Assembly: GCA_905213895.1 (NCBI GenBank)
Contig: CAJMKE010000002.1
Coordinates: 30,124-94,123, forward strand
Direction: 5' to 3'
DNA: 64,000 bases
Source of the DNA: an uncultured Alistipes sp.
GTDB lineage: Bacteria; Bacteroidota; Bacteroidia; Bacteroidales; Rikenellaceae
Numbering within the stretch: the stretch's first letter is position 1; each line of letters opens with the position of its first letter. This document shows positions 45,687-55,437 of the stretch, piece after piece. The position numbers were made by a program, and so were the translations under genes. The notes beneath the pieces were generated by a model. The model was given only the letters and a program-made list of their open reading frames with translations. It was not told the DNA's origin and searched no databases.

Positions 45687-46702
45687 ATGCTCAACTTGAA
45701 GATGATATCTTGGAATACTCTCAAACTTTTCCTTTTGCGGATAAATTGAGAGATGCATCCTTTATGATTACCGGTGCAACGGGATTGATCGGTTCCATAC
45801 TTGTCAGATGCTTATTGGCATTAGACCGGAATATCAGTATCACTATTCCGGTTCGCAATTTTGAGAAGGCTGTTACCCTATATGGGAAAGATGCAGCGAA
45901 GATTAAAATCATACCGTGCAATCTATGTGATTATATCGAATCTTTGGAAGACCATTTCGATTTTATCATTCATTGTGCGAGTCCTACTTCGGGAAAGTAT
46001 GTGAATGAACATCCTGTCGAGACTTTCGAGTTGGCGATAGAGAGTACACGCGCATTATTGAAATATGCCAAGTCTAACGATGTTAAGAGTTTCGTTTATG
46101 TCAGTTCGCTAGAATACTATGGTCAAAATAATGACAATAGGTTTATTACGGAAGAAATGCAGGGTTATATAGATCCAGTAAGTCCTCGATCCTCATATCC
46201 TATGGGCAAGCGAGCGGCAGAATATTTATGTTTTGCATACGCTTCCGAATACGCAGTACCCGTAAAGATTGCCAGGCTTACGCAGACTTTCGGAGCAGGT
46301 GTGTCTAGTGATGACAATAGAGTTTTCGCACAGTTTGCGAGATGTGTTCTAAACGGGAAGGATATAGTGATGCACTCTACTGGAGAGTCTGCTAAACCTT
46401 ATTGTTATACTACGGATTGTGTATCTGCAATTCTATATATTTTATTAAAAGGTGAGAATGGAGAATCATATAATGTCGCGAATCAGAGTACATATATAAG
46501 CATTGCTGAGATGGCAGAATTCCTTAAGACAAGATTCAATTCCACTATAGATGTCCGTATAGAGCAGCATCCGGAAATGGGCTATGCTCCTATCACGAAA
46601 CTTCGTTTATCTACTGAAAAATTGAATGGCCTGGGCTGGACTCCTAAAATAGGCTTGGAAGAAATGTACAAAAGGCTTTTAGCATCGTTTAAATATGCAT
46701 AG
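45683..46702 (+). CDS. NAD-dependent epimerase/dehydratase family (extended SDR)
   Basis: It has ITGATGLIGS, YxxxK (YPMGK) and an upstream S. Confidence 0.7.
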   Translation: MNAQLEDDILEYSQTFPFADKLRDASFMITGATGLIGSILVRCLLALDRNISITIPVRNFEKAVTLYGKDAAKIKIIPCNLCDYIESLEDHFDFIIHCASPTSGKYVNEHPVETFELAIESTRALLKYAKSNDVKSFVYVSSLEYYGQNNDNRFITEEMQGYIDPVSPRSSYPMGKRAAEYLCFAYASEYAVPVKIARLTQTFGAGVSSDDNRVFAQFARCVLNGKDIVMHSTGESAKPYCYTTDCVSAILYILLKGENGESYNVANQSTYISIAEMAEFLKTRFNSTIDVRIEQHPEMGYAPITKLRLSTEKLNGLGWTPKIGLEEMYKRLLASFKYA

Positions 46703-46796
46703 GAATTATCTTAATTTTAAGATTGTAAGTTTCTCTCATTCTTTTCACTGTAATCAAATATTATTTAACGAACGAAGTTTATAACATTGTCTATTA

Positions 46797-47627
46797 ATGG
46801 ATAATAGAAGTAAAATGACACTCCAAGAGCATAAACAAGTAATGCTTGGTATTCTTTTGGAATTTACTAAATTTTGCGATCGACACGGCTTAATGTATTA
46901 TTTGGATGCGGGGACGCTTATCGGTGCTGTACGTCATAAGGGATTCATCCCTTGGGATGATGATATTGATGTCAACATGCCGTATTGTGATTATGATAAG
47001 TTCATTTATATTACAAAGCAATCCGGAGGTTATATGACTGAACATCTTAGAGTGGAATATCCAGAAGAAACTATATATCCGTTTTTGAAAATTTCCGATG
47101 ACAGAACCATTCTTGTGGAATTTCCCGAGAAAAATCCGATGGAGGTTGGCGTATACATCGATGTATTTCCCAAATATGGAATAAAGGATAAGAAATGGAA
47201 ATCCAGAATGGTATGTAAAATCTCTGAGCTGTTAGGACTTTTCCACTGGTTTTCTTCTTATAGCATTTATGCCTGGCGTCGTCCCGGTCATAACATATTA
47301 AAAAAAACGATGGCAGCGATAGGTCGATTGTTGTTTCCGCAAGAGAAATTTTCTACACGAATTCAAAATTGGTTTATGCATCAATATGCAAAACACCACC
47401 CAGCCGAAAATTGCCAGTACGTAACGACTCTTACCAACGGTGAGTTCAATAAATTGGCTCCGAGGGCTTGTTTTGATGGATTCCAATGGTTGGAATTCGA
47501 AGGCTATAAATTTAAAGCACCAAAAGATTTTGATACATATCTGCATTGTTTGTATAGTGGGGATTATATGCAACTACCACCCGAAAATAATAGAGTGCAT
47601 CATGATATTATAGTTTATTGGAAATAG
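46797..47627 (+). CDS. licD: LicD-family phosphotransferase (polyol-phosphate / phosphocholine transferase)
   Basis: YYLDAGTLIGAVRHKGFIPWDDDIDVNMP is the LicD signature. Confidence 0.75.
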   Translation: MDNRSKMTLQEHKQVMLGILLEFTKFCDRHGLMYYLDAGTLIGAVRHKGFIPWDDDIDVNMPYCDYDKFIYITKQSGGYMTEHLRVEYPEETIYPFLKISDDRTILVEFPEKNPMEVGVYIDVFPKYGIKDKKWKSRMVCKISELLGLFHWFSSYSIYAWRRPGHNILKKTMAAIGRLLFPQEKFSTRIQNWFMHQYAKHHPAENCQYVTTLTNGEFNKLAPRACFDGFQWLEFEGYKFKAPKDFDTYLHCLYSGDYMQLPPENNRVHHDIIVYWK

Positions 47628-47635
47628 AATACTAT

Positions 47636-48739
47636 ATGGTTAAGAAGTTTTGCATTCTGCTTTTTATGATAGCGTGCTCTGCTACAATTTATTATAATGG
47701 ATTAGATAACAATACTTCTAAAATGCTTGCCATGGCTTGCTTCGGAGTACTGTTTCTGTTTGCCGTCTTTGACCAAATCAAACGTCGTCAATTATTGTCT
47801 TTATTCAAGAGATGGTTGGCTTGGATTATCTTGGCAATGACAGTTAATATGTTGTACGGTCTACCAGCAAACTCAATTCTTGAAATCGTATTTCCTTTGG
47901 TAGTAGCATTTGAGTCTTATCAGTTATTGGATATTCCGCGAAATCAATGGAGTGTATTTTTTCTTCCGTTATGCGTATTTTCATCTGTTTGTGCCGTATG
48001 GTCTGTATTATATGGTTTAGGTTCTTTATCTATTGCTGAATATTATGACAACGACATCGCGAAGAATCAAATAGGTGCGGCATTTACGACGTTTGCAATT
48101 ATCAGTGCCATGTTTGTAGTGGAGGAAAAACGATTGCTCTTGAAAATCCTTTTTACGGTTGCATCTATTGTAAATCTTTATCCGGCATTATGTTTCACAT
48201 GTCGTACTGCACTGCTATGTTATGCTTTTGTGGTTTGCTTTATTCTATTTCGGGTTTATGGATGGAGAGGTTTTATTGTAATCCCTATTATATTGTTAGT
48301 AATTGTTGGCTTGGGCGGTAACAATCTAGGCAATTTATTATACGAATCTATTGTAGGCACTCGGGACATAAATGATGCCGATGACATTTCTTCCGGTCGA
48401 ATAACATATGCAAAAGCCTCTCTCGATTATTTTTTAGAGCATCCGTTCTTCGGATATTACGGGGCTATGGATGGAAGTAATATGCCTCCCAATGCGCATA
48501 TTTTTTTGTTATATAGACTAACGAAATGGGGACTTTTAGGCTCAATACCGTTTCTGGCCTTATATTTTAGTATTATAAAAATTTTCTTTAAGAGCATTAA
48601 ACATAGAGAAATATTGGTGATGGGAACACTGTTCCTTGCATTAATGGAAAGTTTCTCGGAGTATTCTCCTCCGTTCGGTCCCGGCTCTTGCTTTATACCT
48701 GTTTTTATGATAGTCGGAATGTATTTGCGAAATAAATAA
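47636..48739 (+). CDS. wzy: Wzy-like polysaccharide polymerase (O-antigen polymerase/ligase family membrane protein)
   Basis: About 10 TM helices and a large periplasmic loop are present. The start is taken at MVKKF. Confidence 0.45.
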   Translation: MVKKFCILLFMIACSATIYYNGLDNNTSKMLAMACFGVLFLFAVFDQIKRRQLLSLFKRWLAWIILAMTVNMLYGLPANSILEIVFPLVVAFESYQLLDIPRNQWSVFFLPLCVFSSVCAVWSVLYGLGSLSIAEYYDNDIAKNQIGAAFTTFAIISAMFVVEEKRLLLKILFTVASIVNLYPALCFTCRTALLCYAFVVCFILFRVYGWRGFIVIPIILLVIVGLGGNNLGNLLYESIVGTRDINDADDISSGRITYAKASLDYFLEHPFFGYYGAMDGSNMPPNAHIFLLYRLTKWGLLGSIPFLALYFSIIKIFFKSIKHREILVMGTLFLALMESFSEYSPPFGPGSCFIPVFMIVGMYLRNK

Positions 48740-48744
48740 TAAAA

Positions 48745-49833
48745 ATGAAAATAAATAAAATACTTGTTATCGATGGGGCCATGGTATCAAGATCTCCGCA
48801 TGTAAAAATGTATCTTAATGCTTTGGATAATTTGGGGATCGAATATGATGTCATCGGTTGGAATAGAAAGGGTGATGATTTGTCGGATGTTCCTAACAAT
48901 TACTATATTTATGATAATCCAACCGATGATCATTATCCGGTGTGGCGAAAAATTTGGGAGATATATGGATTTTATAAATATTTCCAAAAAAATTTAGGCG
49001 GTGATGAGTACAAAGCAGTAATAATCTTCGAGATTGCCAATACTATTCTTTTTACTCATTTTTTAGAACGTAAATATAAAAATAGATATATATTTGATAT
49101 CAGGGATTATTCTCCGGTTTGTAAATTCTGGCTCGCGCGAGTTATACTATCAAAGTTAATAAACAATTCGTATAGAACTGTGATATCTTCGGCTGGTTTT
49201 AAAACTTGGCTTCCCAAATGTTATGATTATCTGATTTCTCACAATATTGACATAAAATATTTTAATAATCTGAAGAACAGTCCATTCGTGGATTTCCATG
49301 CTCCGTTGCGGATATTGACGATTGGAAATTTGAGAGATCCCGAAATTAATTGTGAATTAACGAGAAGTTTCGGAAACGATATGAATTTTGACATGAGGTT
49401 TGTCGGATATGGTTATGCGGGTCAGATAATTCAAAAATTTTGTTCAAACAACAATATTGCTAACGTATCATTTCATGGACGTTATAAAAAATCAGAAGAG
49501 ATATCGTTTTATGAAGATGCGGATATAATAAACTGTTGTATGGGCAACAATATGTTAAGTAATTATTTGATGTCTAATCGAATTTATCTTGCAGCACTTC
49601 TGCGAAAACCGATTATTTGTATAAAAGGATCTTATCAATCCAATATTGTGCAGCAATACAACCTCGGTTGCATCGTAAATAATATAAATAACATGAAAAA
49701 TGAATTACAGGAATATTTAGATAGGTTTGATAGAATAAAATATTTGAATGGAGTTTCGTTGTTTTTGCAAATGGTTGAAATTGACCAAAAGAAATATTTG
49801 AATCAAATTGAAGAATTAACCGAGTTAGAATGA
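48745..49833 (+). CDS. Hypothetical protein, possible GT-B-like glycosyltransferase
   Basis: The 362-aa protein is very AT-rich. No firm motif was recognised. Confidence 0.3.
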   Translation: MKINKILVIDGAMVSRSPHVKMYLNALDNLGIEYDVIGWNRKGDDLSDVPNNYYIYDNPTDDHYPVWRKIWEIYGFYKYFQKNLGGDEYKAVIIFEIANTILFTHFLERKYKNRYIFDIRDYSPVCKFWLARVILSKLINNSYRTVISSAGFKTWLPKCYDYLISHNIDIKYFNNLKNSPFVDFHAPLRILTIGNLRDPEINCELTRSFGNDMNFDMRFVGYGYAGQIIQKFCSNNNIANVSFHGRYKKSEEISFYEDADIINCCMGNNMLSNYLMSNRIYLAALLRKPIICIKGSYQSNIVQQYNLGCIVNNINNMKNELQEYLDRFDRIKYLNGVSLFLQMVEIDQKKYLNQIEELTELE

Positions 49834-50450
49834 TGAGTATTAAATACATTTGGTCAAAACTGATAAAGAAACTCAGATTGAGTTCGATTATCAATAGTAA
49901 TATTCATAAAACTTCGACAATCGAGTCAGGCAGTAATGTCGTAAATGTTATAATGGACAAGTATTCCTATTGTGGATACGATTGCGAAATAGTTAATGCA
50001 AAAATAGGGGCATATTGTTCTATTGCCAATAATGTTACTATAGGCGGTGCTATGCATCCGATGGAATGGGCGAGCACTTCGCCAGTATTCTATTATGGTC
50101 GTGATAGTGTCAAAAAAAAGTTCGCATCATTCCATCGTGCGGAACACAAGAAAACAATTATAGGGAATGATGTATGGATTGGGGGGGGGAGTTTTATAAA
50201 GCAGGGTGTCCGTATTAGCGACGGAGCGGTCGTGGGGATGGGATCAATCGTTACTAAAGATGTCCCACCTTATGCTATTGTCGCTGGAAATCCAGCCAAA
50301 TTAATTCGTTATCGTTTTGACGACGAAACTATAAATAAACTGTTGAAGTCAGAATGGTGGACATTGGAAGACGAAGATTTGACGGTTTTCGCTCGTAATA
50401 TTCGAGAACCAATGCTGTTCGCTGATTCGATAATAACAAGTAGACTGTAA
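49830..50450 (+). CDS. Hexapeptide-repeat (left-handed beta-helix) O-acetyltransferase, Vat/LacA/CysE-like
   Basis: The hexapeptide repeats include IGAYCSIANNVTIGG and IGNDVWIGGGSFI. Confidence 0.7.
   Translation: MMSIKYIWSKLIKKLRLSSIINSNIHKTSTIESGSNVVNVIMDKYSYCGYDCEIVNAKIGAYCSIANNVTIGGAMHPMEWASTSPVFYYGRDSVKKKFASFHRAEHKKTIIGNDVWIGGGSFIKQGVRISDGAVVGMGSIVTKDVPPYAIVAGNPAKLIRYRFDDETINKLLKSEWWTLEDEDLTVFARNIREPMLFADSIITSRL
50181..50189 (+). repeat. G9 homopolymer inside the acetyltransferase CDS (encodes GGG in WIGGGSF); in frame
   Basis: The context is TGGATTGGGGGGGGGAGTTTT. Confidence 0.9.
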
Positions 50451-50469
50451 ATATTTAATAACACGATTT

Positions 50470-51615
50470 ATGTCAGAAAGATCTTATCAAGTGTGTACCC
50501 ATTGTGTAATGGATACAAGCGACAAAAATATCCTATTCGATGAGAATGGGGTATGTATGCGATGCAAGGAATATGAAGAGAGTATCTTACCTTGGTGGAA
50601 TTACGGAAAAGGGCACGAAGCAGAATTACAGACCATAATCAATCGCATCAAAAATGATGGTAAAGGCAAGGAGTACGATTGTATACTCGGCATGAGCGGA
50701 GGGTTGGACAGTTCTTATATGCTCCATTTGGCGGTGAAGGAATGGGGACTTCGTCCGTTTGTGTTTCACATCGATGCTGGATGGAATCTTCCCGTTGCCG
50801 AAGAAAATATTCGCAAGATGTGTGATAAACTCGGTGTCCACCTGCATATACAGAAACTGAACTGGGAAGAATTGAGACAAATGCAGATCGCTTTCTTCAA
50901 GACCGGTCATGCAGGATTGGATGTCCCCCAAGATCATTCGTTCATAGCCCAAATAGATAAATATTCCGAAGAACTTGGCGTCAAATACATTCTTAATGGT
51001 TATAACATCTGTACTGAAATCATTGCGGATCCGGAATCATGGTTTGAAGGTGCTGGTCCAACTGCAGATAAAACATATGTAAAGGATGTATTGAAAAAAC
51101 ATGGTGGTGTTCATACGAAAGATTATACTTACACAACAGGTTTCAAGCACAAGTTTGTACTACCGTATATTAAAGGTGTTAAGACATTGCAATTATTGAA
51201 TTACGTAGAATTCACAAAACAATCTATGATCGAGACTCTGCAAAAAGAGTATGATTATCAACCGTACGGTCAAAAACATTTTGAGGATTTGCTTACGAAG
51301 TTTCTTGAAGCGTGGTGGTTGCCGAAACGTTTCGGCTTTGATATAAGAAGAGCGCAGTTGTCGAGTCTTGTGATAACCGGTCAGATGTCGAGGGATGACG
51401 CATTAAAAATTCTTGAAACACCTCCGGTGCCTGAAAAGGAATGTATGGAAATGTTTAAGGAGGTCTGCCGTAGATTGGAGATCAGTGAAGAAGAATTGAT
51501 GTCTTATTTTAATTTGCCTAAAAAGTATAGGCATTATAAAAACAATTCATGGGCATTTGCAGTCGGTATTAAATTGTACCAATTTTTGGGTCTCGACAGA
51601 AGAATCAGAAAGTAA
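50470..51615 (+). CDS. N-acetyl sugar amidotransferase (PP-loop ATP pyrophosphatase, WbpG/WbuX-like)
   Basis: An N-terminal Cys cluster (CTHC...CMRC) precedes the SGGLDSS PP-loop. Confidence 0.65.
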   Translation: MSERSYQVCTHCVMDTSDKNILFDENGVCMRCKEYEESILPWWNYGKGHEAELQTIINRIKNDGKGKEYDCILGMSGGLDSSYMLHLAVKEWGLRPFVFHIDAGWNLPVAEENIRKMCDKLGVHLHIQKLNWEELRQMQIAFFKTGHAGLDVPQDHSFIAQIDKYSEELGVKYILNGYNICTEIIADPESWFEGAGPTADKTYVKDVLKKHGGVHTKDYTYTTGFKHKFVLPYIKGVKTLQLLNYVEFTKQSMIETLQKEYDYQPYGQKHFEDLLTKFLEAWWLPKRFGFDIRRAQLSSLVITGQMSRDDALKILETPPVPEKECMEMFKEVCRRLEISEEELMSYFNLPKKYRHYKNNSWAFAVGIKLYQFLGLDRRIRK

Positions 51616-51659
51616 TGCAATTGTTATTTAATGCTTTTATTTGGGACTGAGGTATCAAT

Positions 51660-52868
51660 ATGAATATTCTTTTTCTGACGCTTTCACATATTACTGATAT
51701 TCATGAGCGGAGCATATATAATGATCTGGTGCGAGAATTAATGCGAAGAGGTCATAGTGTGTATATTGCATCTCCGACAGAAAGGCGATATGCCATGCCG
51801 ACGCAATCGTATGAAAGTAATGGAGCACATATTCTAAATATCAAAACTCTCAATATTCAGAAAACAAATATAATAGAGAAAGGTATCGGTACATTGATCA
51901 TAGAATATCAATTCGATTATGCCATAAGTAAGTATTGGTCTGATATAAAGTTTGATTTAGTTCTTTACTCAACACCTCCAATTACTTTTAACAGAATCAT
52001 AGCCAAAGTGAAACGTCGTTGCGGGGCACGGAGTTATTTGATGCTCAAAGATATCTTCCCTCAGAATGCCGTCGACCTCGGAATAATGAAAGAGGGTGGG
52101 CTACTACACAGGATATTCCGTCGTAAAGAGAAGCAACTGTATGAGTTATCGGATCGAATCGGGTGCATGTCTCCCGCCAATTGCCGATATGTAATAAAAC
52201 ATAATACTCATGTTGATCCTGTAAAAGTAGAGATTTGTCCTAATGCAATTGAAGTGATACCACAAACCGAGATTTCAATTGTCGAAAAATCGATACTGTT
52301 ATCTAAATATGGAATTCCGTTTGACAAAACATTATTCATTTACGGTGGTAATCTCGGGAAACCTCAAGGATTGGAGTTTTTAATAAACGTATTAGCAATA
52401 AATGAAAAACGCACGAACAGTTTTATCGTGATAGTTGGTTCTGGAACAGAATATCCAATGTTATCCGCATGGTTTGACAAGTACAAACCGTATAATTCTA
52501 AACTTGTATCCACTCTTGAAAAAAAAGAGTATGATAGACTTGTCGGGATTTGTGATGTAGGATTAGTTTTTCTTCATCCTAAGTTTACTATCCCGAATTT
52601 CCCGTCTCGAATTCTCAGTTATCTTGAAAATAAAATGCCGGTTCTGTTGGCCACAGATATAAACACCGATGTCGGTAAAATAGCAGAAGACAATGGCTTT
52701 GGCTTTTGGTGCGAAAATGGTGATATAGAAATGTTTGAAAAACTAATGGATAAATTTTCCGATTTATCTACTATAAAAAAAATGGGGCAGAGAGGTTATG
52801 AATTCCTTGTTGATAATTATCAAGTTTCCAATGCTTGTGATATTATTTTAGATCAAAAGAAAAAATAA
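51660..52868 (+). CDS. Glycosyltransferase family 4 (WbuB-like, candidate L-FucNAc transferase)
   Basis: It has a GT-B fold and the C-terminal E..G.P motif region. It co-occurs with fnlABC-like genes. Confidence 0.65.
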   Translation: MNILFLTLSHITDIHERSIYNDLVRELMRRGHSVYIASPTERRYAMPTQSYESNGAHILNIKTLNIQKTNIIEKGIGTLIIEYQFDYAISKYWSDIKFDLVLYSTPPITFNRIIAKVKRRCGARSYLMLKDIFPQNAVDLGIMKEGGLLHRIFRRKEKQLYELSDRIGCMSPANCRYVIKHNTHVDPVKVEICPNAIEVIPQTEISIVEKSILLSKYGIPFDKTLFIYGGNLGKPQGLEFLINVLAINEKRTNSFIVIVGSGTEYPMLSAWFDKYKPYNSKLVSTLEKKEYDRLVGICDVGLVFLHPKFTIPNFPSRILSYLENKMPVLLATDINTDVGKIAEDNGFGFWCENGDIEMFEKLMDKFSDLSTIKKMGQRGYEFLVDNYQVSNACDIILDQKKK

Positions 52869-52878
52869 GCATTAAAAT

Positions 52879-53487
52879 ATGTATCGTTGTTTTTTCAAAA
52901 GAGTAATAGATTTTTCGGTTGCTTTTTGTGGACTGCTTTTCATAGGTTGGCTTCTTGCTGTCATTGCACTTTGGCTTTATTTTGCGAATAAAGGTGCTGG
53001 CGTTTTCTTTACTCAGGAACGTCCCGGTAAGGGTGCTAAAATTTTCAAGGTCATAAAATTCAAAACCATGACTGACGAACGCGACGCAGACGGCAATCTT
53101 TTGCCGGACGAAAAACGTCTGACAGAGGTCGGTCGGTTCGTGCGTTCGACTTCTATCGATGAATTGCCACAACTTTGGAATGTTTTTAAAGGAGATATGT
53201 CGTTAATCGGACCGAGACCATTGCTCGTACAATATCTTCCTTTATACTCTCCGGAACAGGCGCGTAGGCATGAGGTACGTCCTGGTATCACAGGGTGGGC
53301 GCAATGTCATGGTCGCAATGCCATATCTTGGCAGAAGAAATTTGAATTGGACGTGTGGTATGTCGATCACATCTCATTTATTACCGATTGTAAAGTGATT
53401 TGGAACACTATCCAGAAAGTATTGAAACGCGCAGATATATCATCGGAAACTTCAGCGACTATGGAGCCATTTAATGGAAATAATTAA
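52879..53487 (+). CDS. Initiating undecaprenyl-phosphate sugar-phosphate transferase (small bacterial sugar transferase, PglC/WcfS/WbaP-C-like)
   Basis: It has an N-terminal TM helix, then KVIKFKTM, PQLWNV..G.MS.VGPRP and GITGWAQ. Confidence 0.8.
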   Translation: MYRCFFKRVIDFSVAFCGLLFIGWLLAVIALWLYFANKGAGVFFTQERPGKGAKIFKVIKFKTMTDERDADGNLLPDEKRLTEVGRFVRSTSIDELPQLWNVFKGDMSLIGPRPLLVQYLPLYSPEQARRHEVRPGITGWAQCHGRNAISWQKKFELDVWYVDHISFITDCKVIWNTIQKVLKRADISSETSATMEPFNGNN

Positions 53488-53490
53488 TAC

Positions 53491-54132
53491 ATGAAAGATA
53501 TCGCAATATACGGAGCCGGCGGATTCGGTCGCGAAATCGCCTGTCTAATTAGGCAAATCAACAATGTTGAACCGCAGTGGAAGTTTATCGGTTTTTTTGA
53601 TGACGGAATTCCGAAATGTGAGCGAAATGAATATGGGACTGTACTCGGTGGGATAAATGATCTTAATTTATGGAAAAAGTCGATCTCGATAGTCATGGCT
53701 ATAGGTTCGCCTCTAACGGTTAAGGTATTGGCAGATAAAATATCAAATCCCAATGTATCTTTTCCTAATATAATAGCGCCGACTACGCTTTTTCTCGACA
53801 GGAACAGCGTGAAAATGGGTCATGGAAATGTGATTTGCAACCGATGTACAATCAGTTGCAACGTTACGATCGGTGATTTCAATATTTTTAATGGGTATAT
53901 CCCAGTCGGTCATGATGCTATTATCGGCAACTACAATGTTTTCATGCCGTCTGTGAATGTGTCGGGCGGAGTAGAGATCGGCAATTGTAATTTCTTCGGA
54001 GTGCAGTCGGTCGTGTTGCAATATCAAAATGTTGGCAGCAATGTACGCATCGGAGCCAATAGTGTTGTAATGCGCACTGCAAAAGACGGAAACTTGTATA
54101 TGGGCAATCCTGCTACAAAAGTTAAACTTTAA
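53491..54132 (+). CDS. NeuD/PglD-family sugar N/O-acyltransferase (hexapeptide)
   Basis: It has IYGAGGFGREI and C-terminal hexapeptide repeats. Confidence 0.7.
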   Translation: MKDIAIYGAGGFGREIACLIRQINNVEPQWKFIGFFDDGIPKCERNEYGTVLGGINDLNLWKKSISIVMAIGSPLTVKVLADKISNPNVSFPNIIAPTTLFLDRNSVKMGHGNVICNRCTISCNVTIGDFNIFNGYIPVGHDAIIGNYNVFMPSVNVSGGVEIGNCNFFGVQSVVLQYQNVGSNVRIGANSVVMRTAKDGNLYMGNPATKVKL

Positions 54133-54145
54133 ATAATATTAGAAA

Positions 54146-54379
54146 ATGGAAATTCAAGAATTCATTCAAAATTTCTCAGATCAGTTTGATGATACTGATT
54201 CAGTAGTGTTTACTCCGGAAACCAACTTCCGGGAACTCGACGAGTGGTCATCTCTACTTGCATTATCGATCCTTGCAATGGTTGATGAAGAATATGACGT
54301 GCAGTTAAAAGCGGATCAGATGCGTAAAGCAAACACCATTCAAGAACTTTTCGAAATCGTAAAATCGCTTAAAGACTAA
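54146..54379 (+). CDS. Acyl carrier protein-like
   Basis: The 77-aa acidic protein has LDEWSSL at the expected phosphopantetheine-Ser position. Confidence 0.5.
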   Translation: MEIQEFIQNFSDQFDDTDSVVFTPETNFRELDEWSSLLALSILAMVDEEYDVQLKADQMRKANTIQELFEIVKSLKD

Positions 54380-55437
54380 TGGCTGTTTTTTCTACGGAAC
54401 ACGTTGCCATTAGAGGTATATCCGCTTGCGTACCTGCTGATATACAGTATAATAGTAAGGTGTATGAAAAATATGGAGGTGGGGGGTATGAACAGTTTGT
54501 CGCAACGACTGGAGTTAAACAGAAGAGAATAGCATCGAAGTATATTACGTCATCAGACTTGTGTTGCTCTGCCGCAGAGAAATTGATGACCGATCTATGT
54601 TGGAAGAATGATGAAATAGATGTACTGATTTTTGTTTCACAAACTCCCGATTACATCCTTCCTGCTACTTCTTGCATCCTTCAGGAAAGACTCGGACTTT
54701 CTAATAATTGCTATACTCTTGATATATCGCTTGGCTGTTCCGGATGGGTTTATGCATTGAGTGTGATTGCATCTCTGATGCAAAATGGATTTTTTAGAAA
54801 AGGGTTGCTTTTATCTGGAGATACTGTATTAAAACTTTGTTCCGATAATGACAAAAGTACGTACCCTTTATTCGGAGATGCTGGTACTTGTACCGCTTTG
54901 GAATTCGACGAGAATGCAAAGGCAATGTCATTTGTTATGCATACCGACGGTTCGGGCGCAAATGCAATTATTGTAAAAACCGGTGCAGCAAGAAATCGTG
55001 TAACACCAGAATCGTTTGTCGAGGAAGATTACGGTGAAGGAATACGACGTAATTCTTATCAGATTGAAATGGATGGTATATCGGTGTTTACATTCGGCAT
55101 ATCCAAAGCATCAAAAGTCGTTAATGAATTATTAGATGTTACAGACGAAAATCGCGAAAATATCGACATTTACTCTTTTCATCAGGCAAATCTCTTCATG
55201 AACGAGAAGATTCGTAAAAAATTGAAACTATTACCCGAACAAGTACTGTATTCAATGGATGAATTCGGTAACACTTCTTGCGCAAGCATTCCGTTGACGC
55301 TTGTGGTTAGACGTGCAGACGATCTTCGTAATAAATCTTTGAAGCATATCGGGTGCGGTTTTGGTGTGGGACTTTCTTGGGGGGCAGTGCGGTTCGACAC
55401 AGATAATATTATTGTACCAAAATTAATCGAGATTTAA
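54379..55437 (+). CDS. 3-oxoacyl-ACP synthase III (FabH-like KAS III) paralog 1
   Basis: It has active-site Cys (LGCSGW), His (SFHQANLFM) and Asn (GNTSCAS). Confidence 0.75.
   Translation: MAVFSTEHVAIRGISACVPADIQYNSKVYEKYGGGGYEQFVATTGVKQKRIASKYITSSDLCCSAAEKLMTDLCWKNDEIDVLIFVSQTPDYILPATSCILQERLGLSNNCYTLDISLGCSGWVYALSVIASLMQNGFFRKGLLLSGDTVLKLCSDNDKSTYPLFGDAGTCTALEFDENAKAMSFVMHTDGSGANAIIVKTGAARNRVTPESFVEEDYGEGIRRNSYQIEMDGISVFTFGISKASKVVNELLDVTDENRENIDIYSFHQANLFMNEKIRKKLKLLPEQVLYSMDEFGNTSCASIPLTLVVRRADDLRNKSLKHIGCGFGVGLSWGAVRFDTDNIIVPKLIEI

Noticed and set aside
54477-54486. A GGTGGGGGG run in the FabH-like gene (KYGGGGYE)
   Set aside because: It is only a G6 interrupted by T, which is below the length where slippage is frequent. 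It is not counted among the mutable tracts.
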